A stretch of 64,000 nucleotides of DNA from an uncultured Fibrobacteraceae bacterium (GTDB taxonomy: Bacteria; Krumholzibacteriota; Krumholzibacteriia; LZORAL124-64-63): contig CAYYYS010000003.1 in NCBI GenBank assembly GCA_964476155.1, positions 52,489-116,488 of the forward strand. The letters run 5' to 3'. This document shows positions 1 to 9,570 of the stretch, piece by piece. Both the position numbers and the translations under genes were made by a program. Under the pieces are notes generated by a model. The model did not search any database. It was given only the letters and a program-made list of their open reading frames with translations, and was not told the DNA's origin. Each line of letters starts with the position of its first letter. Within the stretch, counting starts at the first letter, position 1.

Positions 1-116
1 AGACGTGAGGCAATAGACTGCCGCAGGGAGTCCTGACGGCTGGCGGCGGGATCTTCGGCGATGACCATGACCGGCGACAGGATCGCCATCACACACAGCA
101 ACATGAACCCGGCCAT
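1..116 (-). CDS. partial CDS (5' end only), putative secreted protein downstream of the anti-sigma gene
   Basis: Minus-strand ATG at 116-114 opens a frame running off the window start. The translation MAGFMLLCVMAILSPVMVIAEDPAAS looks like a signal peptide. The gene is truncated by the window edge. Confidence 0.25.
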   Translation of the reverse strand, partial: MAGFMLLCVMAILSPVMVIAEDPAASRQDSLRQSIASR

Positions 117-159
117 CAAGGCCGAGCTCGCGCGCGGACGGAGTGAGGCGGTCCGCGGG

Positions 160-675
160 TCAGCGTGCGGAAGAACGTTGCATGACACCGGTATAAATCC
201 TCCGGGACGCACTCTGGAGACGTACCAGACCCTCCGGCAGAGCGCCGGCGAGCCCAAAGGCCGCCCAACCACCGGGTAGCGCATCGGTCGCCAGACCAAC
301 AGCGGCCAGAACGGCAAGCAAGCCGCCCACGGCACGCGTTGCCCCCGCTCGGATGAAGGCAGGCAAGGTCTCCTCGTCCAGGATTACCGGCATGCGTTCG
401 CGGCGCAGGGGTTCCATGGCCTTGTAGGCCTCGTAAGGCACCGAATCGAGAATGCGTGCGTCAAAGTCCTCGGGCGGCGCGATGGACGGCAATCCGCCCA
501 GCAAGCCGTAGAGGCGCTCCATTGCCTCGAGTTCCTCGTTGCAGCCTCGACATTCGCGCACATGCAGAAAAAGCGCCATGGATTCCTTGCGGGACAAGGT
601 CTTGTCCAGGTACGCCTGTAGTTGCGAGCGTGTCTCTGTGCAGTTCGGTGCATTCATTTGTTTGTTCTCGTTCAT
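160..675 (-). CDS. putative zinc-finger (zf-HC2) anti-sigma factor
   Basis: 171 aa. An N-terminal HVRECRGC motif (HxxxCxxC) is typical of ChrR/RsrA-type anti-sigma factors, followed by a hydrophobic segment. It lies immediately downstream of an ECF sigma gene on the same strand, and a GGAGG SD precedes the ATG. Confidence 0.6.
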   Translation of the reverse strand: MNENKQMNAPNCTETRSQLQAYLDKTLSRKESMALFLHVRECRGCNEELEAMERLYGLLGGLPSIAPPEDFDARILDSVPYEAYKAMEPLRRERMPVILDEETLPAFIRAGATRAVGGLLAVLAAVGLATDALPGGWAAFGLAGALPEGLVRLQSASRRIYTGVMQRSSAR

Positions 676-843
676 GATGTTTCCTCCAGGGTCTCCTTCC
701 CTCAGTACGGAGGCTGGTTGTTCCGGGTTCTAAAAACGAGCGCCAAATGTCAGATCAGCGCCTGCCAAAACCACCCCTACCAGCTTCCCTACGGACGCCC
801 TCCCAGGAGGTTGCACGACGAATCGACCTTTTTTCGTCCTCTA

Positions 844-1464
844 TCATATATCATAAGACCGTGTTTTCAACATCTGCTGGACCATGGCCCTGGCGCGATG
901 GATTCGGGCCTTGACCGTGCCGAGCGGCAGGTCGAGCACCGTGGCAATCTCCTCGTACGTCAGTTCCTGATCATGGCGCAGCAAAATGATGGCCTTGTAA
1001 TGAGGAGGCAGGTCGGCGATGACCTCCTCCAGCTTTGTCACGGCTTCTTTGAGTTCCATGACCCGATCGGGACGGGCGCCCTTGTCGGGGATAGGGATCT
1101 CGATCTGATCCCCGTCGGGTGACGTGTATCCGTCGAGAGACAGGAACCGCAAGCGGTTTCGTCTCAGATGATCGATGCAATGGTTTGTGGCGATCCGGAA
1201 AATCCAGCTGGAGAAGGCATAGCTTTCGTCGTAACGATCCAGCAGGGAAAAGACCTTGATGAAGACTTCCTGGGCCAGATCCCGCGCATCTTCCGCGCTG
1301 TGGGTCATCCGGTAGCACAGACCGAAGATGGCGCTCCGATAGCGGGTGAGAAGTTCCTGGAAGGCTACTTCCTCGCCTCGCTTGCAACGCTTGATGAGCT
1401 TCAGGTCCTGCTTGCGGTCGAACATGGTTCCTCTCCGCGCGACGGCCCGCGGGCGCACCTGCAC
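844..1464 (-). CDS. RNA polymerase ECF-type sigma-70 factor
   Basis: The sigma-70 region 2 (FQELLTRYRSAIFGLCYRMT...DLAQEVFIKVF) and region 4 (LTYEEIATVLDLPLGTVKARIHRAR) are clearly recognisable. The true start is probably the internal Met at 1425 (MFDRKQ...). Confidence 0.85.
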   Translation of the reverse strand: MQVRPRAVARRGTMFDRKQDLKLIKRCKRGEEVAFQELLTRYRSAIFGLCYRMTHSAEDARDLAQEVFIKVFSLLDRYDESYAFSSWIFRIATNHCIDHLRRNRLRFLSLDGYTSPDGDQIEIPIPDKGARPDRVMELKEAVTKLEEVIADLPPHYKAIILLRHDQELTYEEIATVLDLPLGTVKARIHRARAMVQQMLKTRSYDI

Positions 1465-1553
1465 CCGGTCGACGGCTCCGGCGAAGATAGGCTCGGGTCA
1501 TACCGTCGGTCAACAAACGACCTGCGGATCTTGTTCTTTTCGTGGCGACCGGT

Positions 1554-3314
1554 TCATTTCACCAGGACGGACGGGCGTGTGTAACGCAAGCCCGCGGTCT
1601 CGAGCGTGAAATGATAAATACCCGACGGCAAGGCCCGCCCCAGGGAGTCGCAACCATCCCATTCCACGCGGGTCAGTCCGGCCGGGCAAATCTCTCCATC
1701 GATAAGGCGGCGAACCTCGCGGCCCCGTGCGTCGTGAACGAACAACCGCGCGGGCGCCGGATCACGCAACTCGAAAGAGAAGGTCGTGGACGGGTTGAAG
1801 GGATTCGGTCGGTTGGGCAGCAGACGGGCCACGGTGGGAAGTCCGGGCACGCCCGTGGTCTGCCGGAGAATGGGAAAGTCGTACCAATGGTTCGGCGCCG
1901 TGCGGGGCATGCCCTCCTGTCGGCCTTCATTGTCCGCCGCCAGGATGTAGTATTCGACCGTTGTATCCTCGGCCGGCGCCGGGATAACGCCTTCGTAGAG
2001 GTCGTCACCCAGAGAACCCATGGGAACGGCGCTCCACTCCCCGCCCGCAAAGCGGAACCAGAGGCTCACACCGGCCAGACCGGCCTCGCTGCGGTCGTCG
2101 ACGAAGGCGGTGACGGCCACCGGGCCTTCCAACTCCTCGTGGATGGGCACATGGCCGACCCGCAGCATGCCCCGATCGTACACGCCCTTGGTGCGGCAGT
2201 GCAGGGCGTCGTCGGTGATGAATCCACTGTAGTAGTAACCCTCGACAGTGTAACCGGGCGCCGCCGCCTCGTAGGTCGCGAGGGCCGCCTGATCGTGGGC
2301 CGTATTGCCGAAAATGGGTACATAGATCTTATCGTTGAGAATCAAGCTGTTGGTGTACGAGGCCGGGGAACCGTAGCCGATGTCGTAACAGTAGACCCGG
2401 TGCACATCGTAGTTCCGGCCGGTCGAGGCGGTCAATGACCCCAGCAGGGTCGCTCGCTGCTCCAGCTCGACAAAGGTGTGGTGGGAAGCCCAGACCGCCT
2501 TGAGCAGGATCGTTTCCTCGTCGAGAAATTTGGCAAAGGTGTCGATGTGGTGGATGCCGCCGGACTCGATGTACTCGATCGTGTGATAAGTAGTGACACC
2601 ATAGTAGTCAGACATGAGCTGCATGACTTCGGCTTCGGACATGCCGTTGTGGGACGCTGCCTCGTTGAGCACGAGTTCGGACGACATGCCCAGATTGGCG
2701 CCGTCGGTCATGTAATTGCCGCCGGTGTGATACATGTCGTGGCTGATGACCGGCAGCCCCTGTTGCTGGGCGAAGTAGATGGGAATGAGATTGTCGTTGG
2801 GTCGCCACGGGCGATTGTAGGTGTGGTCGATGATCGTCAGGTCACCGGCCCCGTCGAAGACGTACCAGGGGCCGTAGTCGCGGGTCCAGATGGAGTCGTT
2901 GGGACGCACCAGAAATTCGACTCGGTCCATGTTCACGCCATTGGCGGCGAGATTGCTCTGGGCGGTGGATTGGTACCCGCTGGAAACGACCACGTGCAAA
3001 GTGACGTCGTCGTCCAGATCGGTCAGCAGGCCATAGGGCAGGCCCAGGGGATAGCGGATCAACACGCCGGTGGCGGGTTCCCATTCAGCCACGTTGCGCA
3101 CCGGCACGAGCGGCGGTGCGTCGGCCCGGGTGCCACGGGTCGGCATGAGGTGTTCCCGCCCACGCCAAACCTCACGCTCGGCCAATGTCTCGGCCTGGGG
3201 CAGCAAGTATTCTAGATCGTCCACATCGCGTTGCAGAGGGGGTTCCGGTGCCGCCGAAGCGGTAACGACGAGCAGCAACGACAAAATCATTACGGACCGG
3301 CAACTGCGGAGCAT
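1554..3314 (-). CDS. agmatine deiminase / Porphyromonas-type peptidylarginine deiminase family protein with a T9SS C-terminal sorting domain
   Basis: A W(T)RDYGP motif (SIWTRDYGPWYV) and a C-terminal HCRT catalytic Cys motif match the agmatine deiminase/PAD_porph family. The start at 3314 (MLRSCRSVMILSLLLVVTASA) gives a signal peptide. The C-terminal LPNRPNPFNPSTTFSFEL... with a beta-rich tail is typical of T9SS type A CTDs. Confidence 0.7.
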   Translation of the reverse strand: MLRSCRSVMILSLLLVVTASAAPEPPLQRDVDDLEYLLPQAETLAEREVWRGREHLMPTRGTRADAPPLVPVRNVAEWEPATGVLIRYPLGLPYGLLTDLDDDVTLHVVVSSGYQSTAQSNLAANGVNMDRVEFLVRPNDSIWTRDYGPWYVFDGAGDLTIIDHTYNRPWRPNDNLIPIYFAQQQGLPVISHDMYHTGGNYMTDGANLGMSSELVLNEAASHNGMSEAEVMQLMSDYYGVTTYHTIEYIESGGIHHIDTFAKFLDEETILLKAVWASHHTFVELEQRATLLGSLTASTGRNYDVHRVYCYDIGYGSPASYTNSLILNDKIYVPIFGNTAHDQAALATYEAAAPGYTVEGYYYSGFITDDALHCRTKGVYDRGMLRVGHVPIHEELEGPVAVTAFVDDRSEAGLAGVSLWFRFAGGEWSAVPMGSLGDDLYEGVIPAPAEDTTVEYYILAADNEGRQEGMPRTAPNHWYDFPILRQTTGVPGLPTVARLLPNRPNPFNPSTTFSFELRDPAPARLFVHDARGREVRRLIDGEICPAGLTRVEWDGCDSLGRALPSGIYHFTLETAGLRYTRPSVLVK

Positions 3315-3409
3315 TGAATACCCTTTCGTATCCCTTGAAAGAAGATGCAGGGCGGGGTTGAGCGACTCCGATAAGTATATCACATCTCTTCAATTATCGT
3401 AAGTCTTGA

Positions 3410-4774
<1,365 letters not shown>

Positions 4775-4847
4775 TCCGGAGCCGACGGGATGGGCCGAAA
4801 CGATCGCGGCCCATCCCCGACACCCCATGGCGTTCAAGGAGGAACAC

Positions 4848-5246
4848 ATGGCCCGCACCCCCCGCACCAACCGTTCAGTCTCCACCGACGGTCCCTTCCT
4901 GCGCGGCGCGCCTCCGGCCGGCAAGCGGATCCGCAAACCCATGCTCTATCTGTGCGGCGTGGCGGCCATGGTCCTGCTGGGCATGGCGCTGACGGGCGAG
5001 AACGGCCTGGGGACGCTTTTCGGTCTGCGTTCCGAACGTTTGCAGGCCGAGGGCGATGTAGAGCAGTTGCGCGAGCATCACGACGAACTTCAGGCCGGTC
5101 TGGCGGCCCTGGACGAAGAGTCCGGCGATCCGGAAGCGCTGGAGCGCGTGGCCCGGGAAAGATACCGCATGCTCAAACCCGGCGAGACCGCCATCGAAGT
5201 CGTCGGAGAAGACGAGTTGCCCACCGCCGATTCTCAAGAAGACTGA
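4848..5246 (+). CDS. ftsB: septum formation initiator FtsB/DivIC-like protein
   Basis: A strong SD (AAGGAGG) sits 7 nt upstream of the ATG at 4848. The protein has a single TM helix followed by a coiled coil (LQAEGDVEQLREHHDELQAGLAAL) and RYRMLKPGE. The eno-ftsB arrangement is conserved in many bacteria. The longer ORF from 4557 is an upstream in-frame artifact overlapping eno. Confidence 0.7.
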   Translation: MARTPRTNRSVSTDGPFLRGAPPAGKRIRKPMLYLCGVAAMVLLGMALTGENGLGTLFGLRSERLQAEGDVEQLREHHDELQAGLAALDEESGDPEALERVARERYRMLKPGETAIEVVGEDELPTADSQED

Positions 5247-5332
5247 AGAAGATCCCGCACCAACTTGACAGGGGCCGATCCCACCTCTTATATTGGCCCC
5301 CGCTTCCACAGGAAGCCGAATACAGTTCTGGT

Positions 5333-5409
<77 letters not shown>

Positions 5410-5423
5410 AGTTTGAGCAACCT

Positions 5424-5451
5424 CCGGTCACGTGACCGGGGGTTGTTTTTA
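5424..5451 (+). terminator. rho-independent terminator after tRNA-Met
   Basis: A perfect 16-nt palindrome CCGGTCACGTGACCGG is followed by GGGTTGTTTTTAT. Confidence 0.55.
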
Positions 5452-5559
5452 TATCATGGCAACAACAAGACCTATTCCTGGTTGACATCGCATTATCTAG
5501 AATCGAATTTCGTGGGGTAACCAAATCTACGCCAGGGGCCTCATGACAGGAGAGAGATC

Positions 5560-6528
5560 ATGACCACGAACGCCGCACCCGGGAACAAGCCCCTTTGGTT
5601 TTCCATGGAGGGGATGATTCTTGAACTGTCGGCCCAGGATCTGGCGTCCGACAAGAAAGAAGACACGATCAAGTACCTGGCCAGCGGTCTGGATGAAGCG
5701 GGATACACCGTCTCTGGCCACGCGGGGAACATGCTCGAACTGCGCGCCGCCGTCGACGAGCGGATCACCGCCGGCCACGCGCTCATGCAGGATTTCAACG
5801 GCGCGGTGTCGGCCCTGACGATCGAGGACGTGGAGAACACGAAGGTGGCCGCCGCGAAACTGGCCGTCGATGTGGGCGGGGCCTTCCCCCTGCTCAAGGA
5901 CCTCGCGCGCCGCCAGGACATCCTGGACATCGTGGAGCAGACCCGGCTCGACCTGCATATCGCCAAGGCCAAGACGTTGGGCGGTGAAGACGGTGTGCGC
6001 TATTTGATCACCATCGGGATCGACGTCGACGTAGTTACCGAGGCGCTCGACATCACGCGAGAGAGTTACGACGAGGTCGTGGCCAAGATGGCCGCCGAGC
6101 AAGCCGAGCGCGAGCGGGTGATCGGCCTGCTGGAGAAGATCGCCAACGCCTCCGACGCCGAGAAGGTCAAGCACCTGATCACCAACGACGTCGCCGAGCC
6201 GCTGATCCTGGAGATCGCCGGGGTCGACCAGGGCGCCATCGACGAAGCCAACAAGCTCATGGAAGCGGAGATCGCCGAGAAGAAACGCCTGGCCGAGGAA
6301 GAGGCCGCGCGCAAGGCGGCCGAGGCCGAGGGCCCGTCCCTGGACAGCATTGACGACGACGACATGCTCGAGTATATCGAGGGCATCAAGGAGATCATGG
6401 AGTTCTCGGATGTGGAGGACGAGATCCGGACCATGTGCGAGCAGAGCGATTATCCGAAATGTCTGGTGGACATCGCGGTGAGTGAGCCGGACAAGCTGGA
6501 TGAGTTGGAGACGAAGGCCGGAGGCTAG
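5560..6528 (+). CDS. hypothetical highly acidic protein (322 aa)
   Basis: AGGAGAG SD upstream and coding-like composition. The protein is very D/E-rich with predicted coiled-coil segments (EANKLMEAEIAEKKRLAEEEAARKAAEAE). I recognise no family. The antisense 438-aa ORF is an R-rich artifact. Confidence 0.5.
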   Translation: MTTNAAPGNKPLWFSMEGMILELSAQDLASDKKEDTIKYLASGLDEAGYTVSGHAGNMLELRAAVDERITAGHALMQDFNGAVSALTIEDVENTKVAAAKLAVDVGGAFPLLKDLARRQDILDIVEQTRLDLHIAKAKTLGGEDGVRYLITIGIDVDVVTEALDITRESYDEVVAKMAAEQAERERVIGLLEKIANASDAEKVKHLITNDVAEPLILEIAGVDQGAIDEANKLMEAEIAEKKRLAEEEAARKAAEAEGPSLDSIDDDDMLEYIEGIKEIMEFSDVEDEIRTMCEQSDYPKCLVDIAVSEPDKLDELETKAGG

Positions 6529-6589
6529 ATCCGCGACCAATGCAGCAAAAGGCCCGGGCCGCGATGGCCCGGGCTTTTTCTTTCCGGAA

Positions 6590-7373
6590 TTACACCGTCT
6601 TGATCTTAACGGCCCGGGTGGCGATGAAACCGTCCATGTACGCATCCAGTGGGCCCTCGCCGGACTTGTCTTCGTAGAAGCCCACGATCGAAAATCCGGC
6701 CGCGATCTGTCCCTGGATCTGGTCTGCCAGCGAATGGCCGTAACAGACGGGATCGTCCTGGTCGATGACGAGTTCGCGAAGTTCTGTCGCCGAGAGAGCC
6801 TTCGTATCCGCATAGGGTATGCTATGCCTGACCACCAGTTCACCCTCGTTGAAGGCCTTCAGATCGAAGATGTACTCGACGGGATTGGCGAATCCCGACA
6901 GCAAACTCCCTTGCGGCTTCAGGACACGATGAGCCTCGCGCCAGACCGGCAGAACCGATTCCACAAAACAATTTCGAGACCGGGTGAAAGACAAGATCGA
7001 AGGTCTCGTCCGTGAATCGTGAGAGGTCGCACATGTCGCCGAGTTCGGTGACGATCGCCAGATCGTGGCGTCGGGCCACCATATCGTCCTGCGCGAGTTG
7101 GGCGGAAGAATTGTCGAACACGGTCACGTCGGCGCCGGCGGCCGCCAGGATGGGACCTTGCTGGCCTCCGCCGGACGCGAGGCACAGCACCTTGCAGTTG
7201 GACAGGTCGTCCTGGAACCACGAGCGGGGTACGGGCTTCAGGGGCGTCAGCAGGAGACTCCACTCGCCGTTGCGGGCGGCTTCGATCAGGCCCGTGTCGA
7301 CGGGACGGGTCCAGACGTTGCCTTTGGCGACCTGTCGATCCCAGGCTTGGCGGTTGTATTCAGGGACATCCAT
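6590..7373 (-). pseudogene. class I SAM-dependent methyltransferase, interrupted by a +/-1 frameshift near 6970
   Basis: The N-terminal ORF carries methyltransferase motif I ([27 protein letters not shown]) and motif II (FDLVFHPVS). The C-terminal part continues in another frame ([25 protein letters not shown]...). The two frames meet at a TCGAAATTG homopolymer stretch, where removing one A gives the continuous sequence [15 protein letters not shown]. Confidence 0.6.
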
Positions 7374-7561
7374 TACTCGCTCGCAGATTCGTGTGCCGTC
7401 AGGGTCGCCAAGGCTGAATTCGCAGTGTATTCCGCTCGCCTGGCCAGAGTCAAGGCGGTGGACGAGCACGGCGAAGCTCCCGGTCCGGCCGGGGCTTCCC
7501 GTTCCCGCTTGAGCCTACGACATCCCGGAAAATAACTCTTGCACTCCTCCCTGATCTCGAT

Positions 7562-7595
7562 TATCGTACGTTTATCAAACTTCATGTACCCGAAG
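7562..7595 (+). promoter_or_regulatory. candidate promoter/operator upstream of umuD
   Basis: A possible -35 TTGCAC (7539) and -10 TATCGT (7562) are present. They are followed by the imperfect palindrome GATTATCGTACGTTTATC and a CTTC-N8-GAAG inverted repeat overlapping the SD. No canonical LexA box of any known class is evident, so this is speculative. Confidence 0.2.
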
Positions 7596-7604
7596 AGGTG
7601 AATC

Positions 7605-8225
7605 ATGGCATCTTCCAACCGCACAACACTTTCCGCCAGCCACGGCGGTAAGCGCCCCGGCGCCGGACGCCCCGCGGGTACCGGCCCCTACGGCGAGCCG
7701 ACGCGGCCCATGCGCATCCCCGAGAGCCTGATCGTGCCCATCCGCGAACTGCTCGAGCGACGCCTGGAGGCCGCCAACGCCGAGCGTGACGCCCTACCCG
7801 TGGGCGACAACATCCTGACACCGGACTTCGCGTCCGGGTCGCTCCCCCTGCCGCTGTTCAGCGACCGGGTCGCTGCTGGTTTCCCATCCCCCGCCGACGA
7901 CCACCTGGAGAACAAACTCGACCTGAACGAGCACCTCGTGAAGCACCCCGCCGCCACCTTCTTCGTGCGCGTGGAGGGCCAGTCGATGATCGGCGCAGGG
8001 ATCCATCCCGACGACATCCTGGTGGTGGACCGGTCCATGGAGGCGAGCAACGGCAACATCGTGGTGGCGGCCGTGGACGGCGAGTTGACCGTGAAGCGTC
8101 TGCAGTACCGGCGGGCCCGCTTGTTCCTGGAGCCCGAGAATCCCGACTACGACCCCATCGAGATTACCGGCGACACCGATCTGATGGTGTGGGGCGTCGT
8201 GACCAGCGTCATCCATCAAGTCTAG
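7605..8225 (+). CDS. umuD: translesion DNA polymerase V accessory subunit UmuD-like S24 peptidase (LexA-like autopeptidase) with N-terminal extension
   Basis: The C-terminal S24 domain is FVRVEGQSMIGAGIHPDDILVVDRS...NGNIVVAAVDGELTVKRL, with the catalytic Ser in GQSM and Lys in TVKRL. An N-terminal extension of ~60 aa rich in G/R/P (GGKRPGAGRPAGTGPYGEP) precedes it. The gene sits directly upstream of umuC. Confidence 0.75.
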   Translation: MASSNRTTLSASHGGKRPGAGRPAGTGPYGEPTRPMRIPESLIVPIRELLERRLEAANAERDALPVGDNILTPDFASGSLPLPLFSDRVAAGFPSPADDHLENKLDLNEHLVKHPAATFFVRVEGQSMIGAGIHPDDILVVDRSMEASNGNIVVAAVDGELTVKRLQYRRARLFLEPENPDYDPIEITGDTDLMVWGVVTSVIHQV

Positions 8226-8236
8226 GAGATCCCGTC

Positions 8237-9520
8237 ATGTCCCGCACTTTTGCCCTGGTCGACTGCAACAACTTCTACGCCTCGTGCGAACGGGTCTTCA
8301 AGCCGCAGCTGCAAAACGAGCCGGTGGTGGTCCTCTCCAACAACGACGGCTGCGTGATCGCGCGCTCGGCCGAAGCCAAGGCGATGGGCATCCCCATGGC
8401 GGCGCCCTTCTTCAAGTTCAAGCGGCTGGCCGAGCACCGAAAGGTGACGGTCTTCTCGTCGAACTATCCGCTGTACGGGGACATGTCGGCCCGCGTGATG
8501 CGTACGCTGGCGGATTTCACGCCTCGCCTGGAGGTCTACTCCATCGATGAGGCCTTCCTGGACCTGAGCGGCAACGAGCGGCGCGGGCTGACCGCCTACG
8601 GACGGGAGATCGCCGAGACGGTGTGGCGCGTCACGGGCATTCCGGTCTCGGTGGGGATCGGACCGACCAAGGTGCTCGCCAAGGTGGCCAACCGCATCGC
8701 CAAGCGGAACCCCGAGACCGGCGGTGTGCTGGACTTCACCGCCCTGGGGCCCCATCGCGAGGCACACCTGGCGCAGATCGACGTGAAGGACGTGTGGGGG
8801 ATCGGCCGGCGCTGGTCCGAGAGGCTCAAGCATCTGGGGATCAGCACCGCGCTGGACCTCCGCGAGGCCGACCCCCATCTCGTCCGACGCCGGCTGAGCG
8901 TCGTGGGCGAACGCATCGTCCACGAACTGCGCGGGACCTCTTGCCTGGATCTGGATGAGGCTCCGCCGGCCAAGCAGCAGATCATGACCTCGCGCACCTT
9001 CGGTGAGCGCGTCACCGACGCGCGGGATATGCGCGAAGCCATCGGCACCTTCGCCACCCGCACCGCCGAGAAACTCCGTGACCAGCACTCGCGCGCCCGG
9101 GCCGTCATGGTCTTCATCGCCACCAGCCCCTTCAACGAGGCCGAGCCCCGCTACCACAACAGCGCGACACGCGCCCTGCCCGACGCCAGCCAGGACTCCG
9201 GCGAGATCATCGGCGCGGCGATCGACGCGCTGGCGAATATCTGGCGCCCCGGGTACCGCTACATGAAGGCCGGAGTCATGCTGCTGGACATCGTGCCCGA
9301 AACCCATCACCAGGGGACGCTCTTCGCCGCGCCGCGTGATGCGTCGCGCGCCCGGTCGGGCAACCTGATGGGCGCACTGGACCGACTGAACCGTAACCTG
9401 GGCCGCGGCACCGTCGGCTACGCAGCCGAAGGGCTGCGCAAGGCCTGGCGTATGAAGCAGGAGCACCGCTCCCCTGCCTATACGACACGGTGGGATCAGT
9501 TGCCGGTGGTTCGGGGATAG
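8237..9520 (+). CDS. umuC: Y-family DNA polymerase (UmuC, DNA pol V catalytic subunit)
   Basis: MSRTFALVDCNNFYASCERVF..., SIDEAFLDL and the overall length are typical of UmuC/DinB. The start at 8237 lies 12 nt after the umuD stop. Confidence 0.9.
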   Translation: MSRTFALVDCNNFYASCERVFKPQLQNEPVVVLSNNDGCVIARSAEAKAMGIPMAAPFFKFKRLAEHRKVTVFSSNYPLYGDMSARVMRTLADFTPRLEVYSIDEAFLDLSGNERRGLTAYGREIAETVWRVTGIPVSVGIGPTKVLAKVANRIAKRNPETGGVLDFTALGPHREAHLAQIDVKDVWGIGRRWSERLKHLGISTALDLREADPHLVRRRLSVVGERIVHELRGTSCLDLDEAPPAKQQIMTSRTFGERVTDARDMREAIGTFATRTAEKLRDQHSRARAVMVFIATSPFNEAEPRYHNSATRALPDASQDSGEIIGAAIDALANIWRPGYRYMKAGVMLLDIVPETHHQGTLFAAPRDASRARSGNLMGALDRLNRNLGRGTVGYAAEGLRKAWRMKQEHRSPAYTTRWDQLPVVRG

Positions 9521-9570
9521 AAAGAGCGGGGGTAGATTCGGGACACGACCAGAGGTATGGTGGAGGGATC

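Noticed and set aside
1465-1553. ECF-type autoregulated promoter upstream of the sigma factor gene
   Set aside because: A GAAC...CGTT arrangement exists but the spacing (13-14 nt) does not fit the AAC-N16/17-CGT ECF consensus, so it is not reported as a feature.
5527-6843. 438-aa minus-strand ORF antisense to the acidic protein gene
   Set aside because: Arg/Ser/Trp-rich composition with no start context. The sense-strand ORF has an SD and coding-like composition.
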